This document shows, in pieces, positions 12,481-24,960 of a stretch of 64,000 nucleotides of DNA. Within the stretch, counting starts at the first letter, position 1. Each line of letters starts with the position of its first letter. Both the position numbers and the translations under genes were made by a program. The notes below the pieces were generated by a model, which was not told the origin of the DNA, ran no database searches, and saw nothing but the letters and a program-made list of their open reading frames with translations. This stretch comes from Takakia lepidozioides (Eukaryota; Plantae; Bryophyta), in contig CM060732.1 in NCBI GenBank assembly GCA_030704615.1, positions 74,648,001-74,712,000 on the forward strand, in the 5' to 3' direction.

Positions 12481-13332
12481 TAACTTACATAATTCAATAT
12501 GCATCTTGCGGCCGAGTCTGATGAGAGGGCAACACAGGCTGAAATAGGTTGAAGAAGAAGGTGCCCTACCACATTGTCCTTGACCTGTCCTGACCCATGG
12601 AGGATTTGACCGATGACCTCTTGTGTGTGCTGCTTGTGTCTGTAGTCAGGTAATGTCGGATTGGTCTGTCAGATCGAACCACTACGGCGTAGATGAGTAG
12701 TCAGAGATTGAAACAAGCTTCCTAAGACCAAGCTGACTCTCCCAAGAACGGCGAGCTCGCTTGTCCTCGTCTCGTCTCGTCCTCCTCTTCTCCTTCGTGC
12801 ATCATTTGCTCAACGCCTCCATCCCACGCCCCTGCATATCATGCTATCATCGCGTTCCATCCCTCAGCTATGTGGTGTGGCGCAGGAGACAAAAAGACGC
12901 CAAGTCCGAGCCCTCCTTTCTGTTCACGATTACACTAATGGGCAACCTTATTAGCAAAAATTTTAACTTTTTAAAACCTAATGGGCAACCTTATTTGCAT
13001 TATATGTGCCTTCAAAATGACACGTGTAGTGATGTAGTCGTATAAATAGAGCTCTGAAACCATCTTCAGTCATGGAGTCATAAGATTCCATGAAACGTCG
13101 TCCACGTGTAGTCAAACATATCACACTAGTCATATAAACCATCCCTGTCATCATGGTCAACAATGTTTGACCAATGCTCCCTAACTTTCCGGAGTCATGT
13201 AGTGATATCCATTACTACAAAGTCATAAAACTAAAACTGTAATGCATTTCAGCGCTCTGTAATCATGTACCTAGTGCAGTTTTTATGACTCCGCCAAAGC
13301 CGTAGTCCTAAAAATGCTCATCTCTTATAGTG

Positions 13333-14339
13333 AAAGTGTCTCGATGGATTTCATGACTGCTATGCCGCTGTCAAAAGAATTCGATGCAATCATGGTGGTG
13401 GTGGATAGATTCAGTAAAATGGGTCATTTCATCCCCACCACAGAGATGACAACGGCGCACGGGGCGACTTTACTTCGCCCACGTCTTCAAGCATCATGGA
13501 CTCCCGAAGGATATTGTCTCGGACCGCGATCCAAAGTTTACAAGTAAATTTTGGAGGGCACTTTGGAAGAAAATGGGGACGAGGCTCAAGATGAGCACCG
13601 CCTTCCGACCTATGACGGACGACCAAACGGAAAGGGTGAATTCTGTGGTGAAGCAGATCTTGCGGAATTATGTGTCGGCAGACCAATCAGACTGGGTGGA
13701 GCACTTGGATGAGGCAGAGTTCTCTTATAATAACACAAAACACTCCGCAACGGGAGTTTCCCCTTTCATATTGGTCTATGGAAAAGCACCTCTAGTGCCG
13801 ACAAGTTGGGCCGCCCAAGACGTCGAGGAACCGGCAGCAGCAGCGGCGGTGCTGGAAGAACGCGAGCGTTTGTTGAAGCTCGCAAAGTACAACATTGCCA
13901 AAGCTAGGAAACGGTATGAACGGCAGACGAAGTGAGTCCGAAGTTCGTACCTCCGTATGCGGGACCCTTTCGCATCCGGAAGGTTATGAATGATGATGTG
14001 TATGAATTGGAGCTGCCGGCAAATAGCAAGGTGCATCCGGTATTCCACGTCTCCTTCTTGAAGCCTTACTTCAAAGATGAAGCGCATCCGAATCGGCATC
14101 AAGTGTTGCGTCCGCCACCTGTGCTGTTGGATCATGAAAATGAACCTGAGTACGAGGTGGAGGCAGTGCTTAAATCGAGGAGGTTCAAGAATCAAGAAAC
14201 AGAGTATCTCGTGAAATGGAAGGGCTATCATCAACTTGGGTGCGTGGATGCAACTTGGGTGCGTGCCTTAGAAATGGGAAATGCATCTGAGGCGGTTGCA
14301 GCTTTCGAAAAGCGACCTCAAAAGCGGAAGAAGCGTTGA
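13333..14339 (+). mobile_element. Gypsy integrase core, GPY/F region and chromodomain (chromovirus), 3' part of the interrupted element
   Basis: SMDFMT...[14 protein letters not shown]-like DDQTERVN, YAGPFRI, HPVFHVSFLKP, chromodomain EYEVEAVL...EYLVKWKGY...ATW. Confidence 0.95.
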
Positions 14340-14360
14340 TGGGGACATCAACCTTGGATC

Positions 14361-15000
14361 GTGGGGGAGGAAATGCATGGTTAGCCTGGTTTAGCTAGCT
14401 CAGGAATCCGATTACAAAAACTTGTGTTGCACAAATTTTGTTTATAAATGAAATGGTTTCCAAATGTTGTGCGTCCTATTTTGTTTGGAATGGTGATGCA
14501 TGGTATGGTTGGCTAGTGTGTAGAATGCATGCTAGCTTACAAAAGTGGGAGAGGTAAATTGGATTAATCGTGTGTTTGCGCAGTGCCGAAATCGGGTGAC
14601 TCCCATCCAAGGGGTAAGGAAACTTGCGCTTTTTTTTTGGAGTTCACGTGCTAGTGTGCACCTGGCGCGTGCGCGTATATAACTGTGCTACCGAGGGGGT
14701 TGCCTTGTAGTGCGGGCTAACGCAGAAGCTACGTGCTTCCGTTCACGTACTATAATCGTGTAGCCTTGGGACAAAGTCGTAGTGCGGCTTCGGCGTGTTC
14801 CCGTACCTCAGGCCAACATTCCAAGGCGGACCCAATTGTAGTGATTGGGGCGCACGGTTGGTTCAAGGTTATCTTCCTAGTCAAAAAGGGTTCAAGGTGA
14901 ACTCTTACTCAAGGTCATGCCAAAAGCAGCATTATGAGCGGTCGCAAGCAATGTTGTTGCAGTAAGGCGATTCGATCCTCGGGGAGGATCGTTCCTTAAC
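14361..15000 (+). repeat. Polypurine tract and probable 3' LTR of the Gypsy element
   Basis: GTGGGGGAGGAA directly after the pol stop, then TG at 14374; right boundary is an estimate because the 5' LTR lies outside the window. Confidence 0.55.
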
Positions 15001-16244
15001 TATCTGGATTTGAATAGCAGACTAGTTTCATACAATTGGTTATAACAAGGGGCAACCATCAACAACATTCCTACTGGTTTACAGCTAAGCCTGGGCATCT
15101 GACAAGAACATAATACAACACAATCAAATTGCCACCATGATATCACTAGGCTACACATGTTCATCATATTGTGGCTGGGGCTTTTGCCAAAATGGCTACA
15201 ACAACCTAGCTGGGAAGGCCCCCATAATTGACAATAGAAATTGATTACCAGGCTAAGCTATAGTGCTAGCAAAATAGATTGTACAAAGATGCCTGGAGGG
15301 CTGCAGCCATGTGTCATAAAAATGGCTGTTAGCCACGCCCAAACAAAGAAAACTGATGTGGACTCTAGTGAATAAATGATAAACAAGCAGGTAAAAGACA
15401 ACACATAAGTTTACAAACCTGCAGATTGTCTGACTTCTGGAACCGTTGGCCATATATGTACTGCCATCAGGCATACGAACCAGAAGTATCACTGCTTTTG
15501 TCGCGCACCTCACTTCGGTAAGTTCCCCTTCAAGTCATAGTTACTCGCTTTGATGCACGTGCCTAATTCCATCTTCATGCGATGGATTCCGTCATTATTG
15601 CTGTCAGGCTCTGTTGTATGACTAAGGCACGTAGTGATTGCTTGTAACCCTAAACCCTAAACTGTTGCATGTTGTGGACCAGTTACATTACTCTTCAGTG
15701 CGAACTGTGGAGCATTGTGAAAACTGACATATTCTTGTGTTATTCAGCAGGACATTCTCCTGCGTGTATTTTCTGAAAAAGAACATGGGTCTTCCTTGGA
15801 CTCTTGGGATTACAAATAAGCAAGAGCTTCTTTTATGGATCCAATACAGTCACTCACTGATACTTGGGATCTTGGCATTGTCCAGTTTGGCAGCATTTCT
15901 AGTGATCGTGGACGTTCTTCCAATGCTCATGTCCCATATAAGTGCATGTATGACCACAATATTCTTTGAAGTACAGTTCAATTTTTAGAGGTGATCCACA
16001 CTGTCTGCTTCCCATTAGAGATAAGATGATGGCTTCAAGGTGATCAATCCTACTGGTGAATAAGTCAAGTGGCCATAGTGATGATTAGTGAGAGGAAAAT
16101 CATTATGCACCACAAATGAGAGTGATGCACACAATGGCGGGGTTCGTGAGGCTCTTCCAGAAATTAATCTACATGTTAAGACTAGTCTACACGAAGCGGC
16201 TTTTCTTACACTGGCTCAATCTACACCAACGAGATTTTACAGGA

Positions 16245-16921
16245 TGTCAAGGACGAGAACATGACTGAACACAAACAAGAGATCAGACTAGAGGTACAAG
16301 ACTAGACAAGAAGTCAAGGTCGGCGTGGCCAAATGCATAATGGGTAAACATGAATCAAGATGATCTTTATAACAATGGACAAGAGTACAAGATACTGGAA
16401 CTTGACTTGAATACTGGAATGCTGGAAACTGGACTAGAATACTGGAAGCTAGACTGGAGTACTGGGACTGGAAACAAGAGTAGCTTGAACTTGTGTTGCG
16501 AGACTGAAGAGTGTCCAGTCTCGCCTCCTATATATATTGGATACTAGGAAGTTTCCTAAGAAGCTTCCTCAGCCAAGAAAAGTCTCTTGAGAAGCTTCCT
16601 CTGCCAATTGAAGTCTCCTAAGAAGCTTCCTCAACCGAAAGAAGTCTCCTGAGAAGCTTCCTTGATCAAGGGAAGTCTCTTGAGAAACTTCATCCACCAT
16701 GAAGCTTCATGAGTAGTTTTCTGAGTTATTCTCAGTAATTTGGTAGTTACTTTTGATAATTTGATAACTCGTGATAATTTATGATAATTTATGATAATTT
16801 ATGGTAAATTATAATAAATCATGGTAAATCATGATAATTTTTTATAACTTGGTAACTCTCGATAATTTGGTAACTTCTGGTAATTACTCTTGGTGAATTC
16901 TTCTGGGATATGTCCGTGACA
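16245..16921. mobile_element. Probable solo LTR with internal tandem repeats
   Basis: Termini TGTCAAGGAC...GTCCGTGACA (9/10 inverted match, TG..CA); internal ~30-bp GAAGTCTC.TGAGAAGCTTCC repeats (16548-16710) and 10-bp ATGATAATTT repeats (~16750-16880); flanks CAGGA/CATGG are only a partial TSD. Confidence 0.65.
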
Positions 16922-17096
16922 CATGGGTGTAAGATTCGGTGTAAGAAAAGCCAGGTGTGAACTACCCGTAATGTAAAAAAAGCCAGGATCTCTTGTAGTG
17001 TAAATGCAAGGGGGTTATTTTCCTTGAAATGTGAACAATATTGAATTTCTAATGTTGTACGTGTCTCACCTTTTGTATCTACTTGTTAGTTCTATC

Positions 17097-17210
17097 GTTT
17101 GTTGGCCCTGCCTTTCAAGGCAGAACTACGCAAAGGGTTTTGGTGCTTAGCACCGATACTTGCGATTAAGTTTTGAATTAGATCAAGAAAGGTGTAATGG
17201 GAATATTTCA
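17097..17210. repeat. Dispersed repeat end with hairpin, copy 1 (copy 2 at ~25412-25525)
   Basis: TTTGTTGGCCCTGCCTT..AAGGCAG.ACTAC...AAAGGGTTT...TAGCACCGATACTT shared by both loci. Confidence 0.75.
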
Positions 17211-17273
17211 TCCATACCTATACATGAATGGAATCTCTGGATGAATAGTTTTTTGCATGCCTGAGTACGTCTA

Positions 17274-20200
17274 AGGTAGAAACACCCAAATATGAGCAAG
17301 TCTCAAAATGGACCCCTATTTTTGGGGTGTAAAGTGGTTTTGCCTGCCCTTAAACGGCGACCTTACTGCCAACGGGTTGATTTAGGTTCCTTCATAGGCA
17401 TTGTGGGCCCATGGTGCTTTGTTAGGTGAACAAAAACGTACTGAATACTGTGACCAGCGTATTTGCCAAATGGAGGCGTATTAATAAAGCTGAGTGCTAA
17501 TGTACGCACGTTGTTATTCTAATTAACTCTGCATGGGGTTTAGGATTGATCAGATATGCTCTGATTTGTTTTGTAAAATGCCTTGGCGGCTGCTCAATTT
17601 CAAATTCACAGGGTTCCATTCACTCTGCCTGCATGTATAACTTCATTACGACTATTGCACACAACTTCGCAACTATAGGTTCTCATTCATGTGCAGGGAG
17701 CATAGTTTGGAGATTGGCTCAGCATTGATTTACACTTCAGTTAATCCAGTCCATTACTATTGATTGATGTACAGGGAGCATAGTTTGGAAATTGGAATCC
17801 CATTAGTTTACACTTCAGTTAATCCAGTACATTATTACTAATTCATGTGCAAGGAGCATAGTTTGAAGATTGGCTTAGTTTACACTTCAGTTAATCTAGT
17901 TTATTACTAAGTGTATAGTCATGAGTGAGGAGTGTGCAACAACGATGGACTTGAATTTCAGGCCCAGCCAAGCTTTTCGATTGTTGCCAGATACCGAGGT
18001 AGCTGATGATAGCGATGGAACGCAAATCGGTAGCCAACCACTCACAAGTGACTCAGATGACGGATACAATGAAAGGTATAAACATGCAAATGATGGAGGT
18101 CAAAGTGAGGATGATGGCCTTGAAAATTTCCAGTGGGGCCAGGGAGAGGATTCCCAAGTTGAATTTCAGGTGGGCCAAGGCCAAGCCCAAGATCAAGTTG
18201 AATTTCAGGTGGACCAAGGCCAACGTCAACCAGAATCTGCAGTACAGCTAGACCAGACAACAACATTGCCAGAGACAAATACTGAAGGACCTGCTGACAT
18301 TAACACTGCTATGTGTGGGGGCCGCCCAAGGAGAGGGAGGAGGCCTCTCAAGAATGGAAACTGGACTGATGAACAGTTGCGAGGTGTCGTGGCTGCCGTT
18401 GATCGTGGAGACAACATCAGATCCGCAGCAAGGATGTTTGAAGTGCCTGCAACAAGTCTGAGAAACCACGTTTATGGCGTTACTACCAGTAGGAAACGCC
18501 AAGGAAGAAGCTGAACTAGTCCAGTATATTGAAAAAATGCAAGATATTGGGCATCCCTTGACACTAACTCAACTACGTCTGAAGGTGGCTGAAGTTACGC
18601 AAGAGAGAGTCACATCTTTCACAAATGGAATCCCGGGCTGGGGGTGGGTGAGATGGTTCAGGTCACGACATCCACATCTTTCATTGAGAGTAGCTCAAGG
18701 ACTAGAAACTGGGAGGGCCAAGGGACTATGTTCAGAGAACGTAAAGACGTTCTATGCTAACCTGAAACTGATGTATGAGAAGCACAACTATGGGCCAACA
18801 ATGATATGGAATTGTGACGAGTCCGGGGCCCAAGCTGGGCGAAACGGAGGTGTTGTTGTGCTGGCCAAGACCGGATCCAGATCTGTTCATTCTATAACAC
18901 CGGATCAGAGGGAGTGGCTGAGCGTCCTCACCTGCATGAATGCTGCAGGAAGTTACATCCCAAACTTCTACATATTCAAAGGGAAAAGATTCCGTCGCAA
19001 TTAAATTCACAAATGTGAATCTGGAGTAACAATGGCAATGCAAATAAAAGCATGGATGACTGCAATATTGTTTCACAAGTGGATATCACATTTTCTGGAA
19101 TCAGCAAAGGCAATGGGTAATACATTACCGTCACAAACAGACATTTGCTAATTCTGGATGGTCACATTCACACGTCACCCTAGACGTTGTCAAGCAAGCA
19201 AGATCAGTAGGACTTGATGTCATTACACTTCCTTCCCACACATCCCATGCACTCCAGCCCCTTGATGTGGCAGTGTTCAAGCCCTTTAAGACTGCCTTCA
19301 GGAAATATAGAGATGTTTGGACCATGGCACATAAAAGAAGAGGAGCGTTGAAAGAAGGTCTGGCCCAATGGGTCTCCCTTGCATTGAAAAAAGGACTAAC
19401 CCCTACCAACATTGCCAAGGGATTCAAGACCTCTGGGATTTGGCATCTGAATCCAGAAGCCATGGCAGGAAAGATGGGGCTGGCAGAATGTTTCTCAGGG
19501 CCGGGGACACCAGACCTGCACGCCGAGGAGATCAGGCCAGAATCAATGGACGAGGATACACCTGAGGGGGAGGTAGAAGACGTACTTTCTGCCCTTCATG
19601 TGGAAGAGGTATTGGGCAACCATGTGCCCAGCATACAAGAGAATCACCACCATTACTTTGTGGTGGTCGAAGAGCCAGATGAGGATGGGCGCAATGACCA
19701 GGAAAGGGGCGATGACAACCAGCCACACTTTCGCAGTAGCCAGGAGTCCTTAGTGCAGCTCGATGATGACGCAGACTGGGACCAGCCAGCCAGAGGTCCC
19801 TTCATCAATCTCCTGATTCTTGACGCTCCCAGAGGCTCCTGCAGTCAATCGAAGGGTAAGAGCATCAGGAGATGAACCTATTATAGACTACAGCAAGTCA
19901 ATTATAATGACATCTGATGTATACTTGGCAGCATTAGAGCAAAAAATGAGACTAAAAGAAGAAGCAACCCAAGCTCGTGAGCAGAAAAAAGAAGAGACCC
20001 TGCAAGGTAAAGCAAAGCGGGCAGCCGAGAAGATTGAGAAAGATGCTCTCAAGAAGGCCCGAACACAAGAGCGACTGGCCAGGAGGGCCTTCGACGCCAA
20101 GTGGTCGGCACGAGCCTGCAGCGAGGCAGGAGAACGTCTGCATGTAGCAATCAAAGCAAACAACCCCTCCCCCAAGCATGCATGGATCGCCCCATTGTGC

Positions 20201-21032
20201 GGGTGGGCTCCACCAATCTGTAAACACAATAAAAAAATTGCTATTGCTAAACGTCGGGCAAAGGCTCGAGGGGAAGACACAAGTCATCTGCAGGTCGTAG
20301 GAGTGCCATGGGCGCATCAACCAGGTTCGGGACCACCTGTTGTAGAGTGAGTTGCTGTCATGGCGGGCCATGGTGGGAAGGAGTTGCTGGGAGGCGACAG
20401 AGATGGCGGGAGGAATCAAGGTGGTGGCGAGAGAACAATAGGTGGAGAGCCGTGGCCTGTGACACTTGGATGGTCCAAATTAGTGCAGTGAGAGGTGAGG
20501 TTTCAGGCTGGAAAAGCACGCAGTTTGGCACACTTTGGATCACCGCGTGCTTAAATAAGAATCCAAATCTAGGAGAGTGGGGTCCACTTTACATGCAGGA
20601 TTGACCATTTGGCACACATTCACGGTTTCCAAGGGCTTACTGGAGTTCATGCATCCGATCTCCTTTATTTCGCTACTGCACCATAGGATACCTTTTGCTC
20701 TTGTGGGCCGAGCTGTTGGGTGAGTTATTGGGTGTAGTAGTTGGTGTGTGGGGGCCATTTCAAGTGCACATCTCGTGCATATCAGGTCACATGTAGGCTT
20801 CATATTAGATAATATTTCAGTGAGTTATGGTACCCTCTATAGCTCAGGCATAGCATTTTTGTGCCATGCCACTTTGATAATATATATCAATTAGCCACTT
20901 CGTCCAAAATTCATGCAATTCATACCACAAGCTGTTTGTTCAATTGCTAATCCAGTCATATAATTTTTCCCCTTACTGCACCAATTGTATGGCCATATCT
21001 GCTTAAACGCTCACATTTGGGTATAACTACCT
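17274..21032 (+). mobile_element. Complete pogo/Fot1-type (Tc1/mariner superfamily) DNA transposon with degenerate transposase
   Basis: TIRs AGGTAGAAACACCCAAATATGAGC (17274-17297) and reverse complement AGGTAGTTATACCCAAATGTGAGC (21009-21032), both flanked by TA; pipsqueak-type HTH WTDEQL...IRSAARMFEVPATSL, CENP-B HTH, DDE_1 motifs IWNCDESG, LILDGH, LPSHTSHALQPLDVAVFKPFK; frameshifts across 17921-20350. Confidence 0.9.
17686..17910 (+). repeat. ~70-bp tandem repeat, 3 copies, upstream of the pogo transposase
   Basis: ATGT.CA.GGAGCATAGTTTG...TTTACACTTCAGTTAATC.AGT..ATTACTA three times. Confidence 0.9.
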
Positions 21033-21118
21033 TATCAGCCACCATCGCACGCTGACATTCTCTCCCCAGGAAGACAATGACTTGTATTTCCTCGTATCCT
21101 ATTTTCTTTCATTGAAAT

Positions 21119-21200
21119 TTTTGATCCTCATAATGGAAGACTGTTGTGAGGACAGTTGAGTCTCCCACGAATCTCATAGTAAAGAGGGCAGAAGTGAAAG
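21119..21200 (-). mobile_element. Short fragment of the same LINE family as 29649-38440
   Basis: Reverse complement CTGCCCTCTTTACTATGAGATTCGTGGGAGA...GTCTTCCATTATGAGGATCAAAAA aligns to ~38180-38273 (peptide VFHYEDQK in both). Confidence 0.75.
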
Positions 21201-23289
21201 AACAGATAAGATAAGATTCTTTAACGTCCAGTGAATTTACAGAGCCTACAACAGATAAAGATAAAAGATAAAGTTTCTTTAACGTCATAGTAGACGCTAT
21301 GGATCGTTTGAACGCCACACAGATGGAGATTGAAGATCGACGCAATCAAGCAAATGCATGCACTGCCAAGGCACAGTTGGACTATTTCAAGCATCGTGAT
21401 AGAAAGATTTACAAATCAAGTCATAACATGGTCGCGGTGCTCTCTCAGCTAAGCCACGAGATGTGTCATGCTTTTATTGCAGACAAGAACAACATGCCGG
21501 CACCGATAACCTTCAATGAAGATTCCTTGGACGACGATGTGATACCAGACACTCAGGTTTAGACATTCAACTAGCGGTTGTCAGCTCATTTCTACAGCTC
21601 ATCAGCAGCTCATTGATAGCTCAATAGCTCCAGTTTTCCATTTAGTCGGAGCATTGCCAGTGTACTCAGTCATTCAATCAGTACATTGCCACTGTATTCA
21701 AACTTTAAGGCTGAAAAGTTTGCCATTGTATAGTCAGGCTAATTTTGCCATTGTAATTCAAAAGGCTCAATGCCGTTCTACAAACTTCTGGCTGGTGACC
21801 TACAAAGGCAGCAGCTGCAAGGAGGAACCCATTACTACAACTATCATGTTCTCATTGTTGGGGTCATATGCTTGCCCTAATTTGAGTAGTACTGTGTGCC
21901 TCTCTACTATCTTGAGACCATTGGTTGGTGTGTATCGAGCCTGTGGGAGGATGGAGGTTTCTGAGTCTTTGTTTGTCAAATTTGCTGACTGCATGTCTGA
22001 CTTTTAGCTGTCCAGCGCCCAGAAATAAATAATGTGTGTAAAGAAGTAGGCACCGATGTGAGTGGCACTGCAGGCAATGCCCAATTCAGTGACCTGTTTG
22101 AAGCTAGTGTCTGATATGAAATAGATCATACAAGAGTCTGCTTGAGAGAGATGAGAGAAGAAGAGCCTGTTGCAAGGTCCACCTCACAGGGCAAGCTATG
22201 TGAGGTCTATGAGACTCACCCCGAAACTTCTGAAGTGATCATCACAGCCATCTTACAGGGAATTGATTGGGTTTAGGGACCTTTTTTTAAAATCATACTG
22301 GAAAACATGACATGTTTCCAGCATTGCATCTCCTGCCCTCTAGCTTACAATATGTGAGATGTGTGCCAACAGTTGAACTGCTAGCATGTTGTAAGATCAG
22401 AACAGGGAGAGAGAAGGAGAGAGAAACTTTTGCCGACCCTTGGCAAGGTTATGATCAGGTTTTTGTTGTAAAAGGTGTGATCTGGAGTGTTTACTCTTTC
22501 CTCATGCAAAGAACCAAGATAGAGAAAGACCCCATGTTGCTTGAGGAGAATGTATGCAGATGATGTCCTCTGATTGGCAGAGTTGTGGGACTGCATGCAG
22601 GTGTGCAACAGCAATTTGGCTAGGGTCTGGTACTCCATCTTACTGGGCTTCAATGAGATTGTTCTATGTGTGCCTCCTCTTGCTGTTACCAAAAAGTTGG
22701 CAGCCCACAACAACAATGAGTGCCTTGTTCAGTTTTCTTTTTCTTCTCCTTTCCTTCAAGGTCTCTCTAACATTATATTCAACAACAAACTGTTGTGTGT
22801 GCTCAGCTTAGCATTATGCACTACATGAGTTTCGAAGCTCGTGGGAAATAAAGCTAAACACACTGCTCAATCTCTGCTCAATCTGGCTTCCATAGTTTTG
22901 GCAAAATTGGCATGAGGGTGCAATGACTTACCCAAAGAGGTCCCCCACAATACCTACAGCCACGGATGTGTGGAGGAGCCTGATGGTATTTAGGAGGGAA
23001 CCTTCCAGTACAATCACAACTGGTCCTCTGGGATTTCTTGGTAAAGTGGGCGCCCATGTGGGCTCTCCCTGTGGCTCATTATGAAATGTACAGAGACTCT
23101 GGAAAGTATGGGAGCCGCCCTGCAACGATGAACTTCAAGACCTTCTACGTTTCTCCACTCCTTGACAGGGCTGGAAAAATTGCATGCACTTATCTTGCTT
23201 CATTCTAATAAAAAAGCAAGTGACATGCCATTCACAGCTAGAGACTCATTGTGCTCTGTTGTTACGAGGTCTATTGATTAGAAATTATT

Positions 23290-24155
23290 CCAGGATATTT
23301 CGTTGTGCACCTCCTGAGATTTCTGCAGCTTCTAGAACTGGTCCGTCTTCATTTTCATGTGCGAGATCCGCTTGAATCCATTCTTCTCGAGCTTCCCTCC
23401 GAACACCAGGATATACACCAGGATCATTGTTCAATCCAATTGTATCATCAGGGCATCAATATCTAAATCCTTCCCTTCAAGAATCATGTTATACATGATA
23501 CAACAACAAACCACAACATCCGGCAAAAACAAAACGTGTAGGTTAGTTTTAAGTAGCAATTCTCTGAAGGTCCGTTTGAGTATACCAAAACTATTCTCCA
23601 CGACACTCCTCCCTCGGCACAAGTGCTTATTGAATAATGCCTCCAGAATTGTGTGGCGTACATTGCCTTGTTTGTATGGGATCATCAACCAAGGGAGAAG
23701 GGGATACCCCTTATCCCCAATTATGTAAGGTTTGATGCTTGGTCACCAAGTTCCGGCCGAAACAAACCTCTCATAGTTGCTCTTTGATATAGATTGGAGA
23801 TGCGCAAAATGCGAGCATCATTTATAGAGCCCGGCATCCCTACAAAAATGTCCCTGAATTTTTTCTGGTCATCAACAACCGCTTGCAGCTGTAGACTATG
23901 GGCTTTAGATTTGTAGCTAAAGTAATCAGATGCGAATGGTCCTCGAGGTTTCGCTATATGGATCTGGGTCACGTCGATAGCACCGTGGATTCCAGGAAGA
24001 CCGCAAAACCTATTCAAACCATCCATTACTTGCTGCAAATCGTCTCCCTCGGGCCAGCGAATTTGATTTTTGAAAACCTGATTCACTGCAAAGACAAACT
24101 CTCGGAGTACTAAATAAACAATTGATTCCTGCAGAAGACACTGTTTTTTCCCCAA
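23290..24155 (-). mobile_element. PIF/Harbinger transposase (DDE_Tnp_4), degenerate and 5'-truncated
   Basis: IRWP, GAIDVTQIHI, LQAVVD...FRDIFVGMPGSINDARIL, GDKGYP, FNKHLCRGRSVVENSFGILKRTF, CCIMYN; TIRs not identified. Confidence 0.9.
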
Positions 24156-24189
24156 GAGTTGTCGAAGGCAGCAATGAGCTGGTTCCTTC

Positions 24190-24960
24190 TCCTATTACCA
24201 CACCTGGAAAAAGCTATTATGCTTTGCGAGCTTCAGACATCGTGTATGAGTGAGCTAAAGAACAGAATCTTCTGCAAACATGGCAACGAATTTTGGAACA
24301 AAATCGAGCATCTCATTTTTCAAATATGCCACAGAACAATGCCCCTAAAACATTACTCCCAAACAGCGTAGGAACATAACACATTTCCTTCTTTACTGTT
24401 GAGGAGAAAAGCAGAAGTAGAGTAGGATAGATCATTGTTCCAGGGATCATAAAGAGAAGTACCTAGCCCGAGCCCACATCGAGGCTGCAAAGGAGCAAGA
24501 AACAAGGCAGTGTTCCAAGTCCTTAGGAAAGTTCCCATTGCATGTGACACAAGAAGTAGGAGAGTCGGATATGAAGCCCCCCACAAGAACTATTCTATTT
24601 GCAATCTTCTAAAGAAAGGCTGATATTTATAAGATCTGTGTTTCTTCCACACCTCAGCCCAACCAGGTTTCCACGAAACAGGATGGCCGGGAATGTGAGC
24701 CCACTATTTAGACCATTTTCTGTCAAAGGCCTGTTTAGGCATCAGCAAGGAGTAGCCAGTTTCACCGAATAAGAGAAGATGTGATCATGGTTTTTGTTCA
24801 TCATGATCAAATTGTAGCAAGCTCACCGGAGCTGAAAGGAACCAGAAGAAAGAATTGTTGTAATGATGAAGCTCAATGGGAGGAGAGGGGTTCGATTTAG
24901 CAGAGATGGAACAAATCACTCTGATTTGTACTGGCAGGGATCGCGACAGGCTCAAGACGA
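24190..24960 (-). mobile_element. Degenerate L1-type LINE 3' fragment (zf-RVT region)
   Basis: Manual minus-strand translation EVWKK...ISAFL*KIANRIVLVG...CVTC...DLEHCLVSCSFAASMW resembles the LINE C-terminal CCHC/zf-RVT; many stops; limits approximate. Confidence 0.55.

Larger units (their letters stand above)
1275..13332. mobile_element. Complete CACTA (En/Spm) DNA transposon inserted into the Gypsy integrase
   Basis: Left TIR CACTACAACAGATGAGCGTTTTTATGACT at 1275; right TIR (reverse complement CACTATAAGAGATGAGCATTTTTAGGACT) ending at 13332, 25/29 identical; 3-bp TSD AAA at 1272-1274 and 13333-13335; removing it restores the integrase peptide [14 protein letters not shown]. Confidence 0.97.

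Noticed and set aside
15645-15663. TAACCCTAAACCCTAAA telomere-like sequence
   Set aside because: Only about two units; at most a telo-box, with no supported gene attached
15737-16160. Possible very old LINE C-terminal fragment on the minus strand
   Set aside because: Only vague peptide resemblance with many stops; not supportable without a search
16548-16710. ~30-bp repeats with short variable parts, superficially CRISPR-like
   Set aside because: Degenerate tandem units without unique spacers of CRISPR length, inside an LTR-like element in plant DNA; no cas genes
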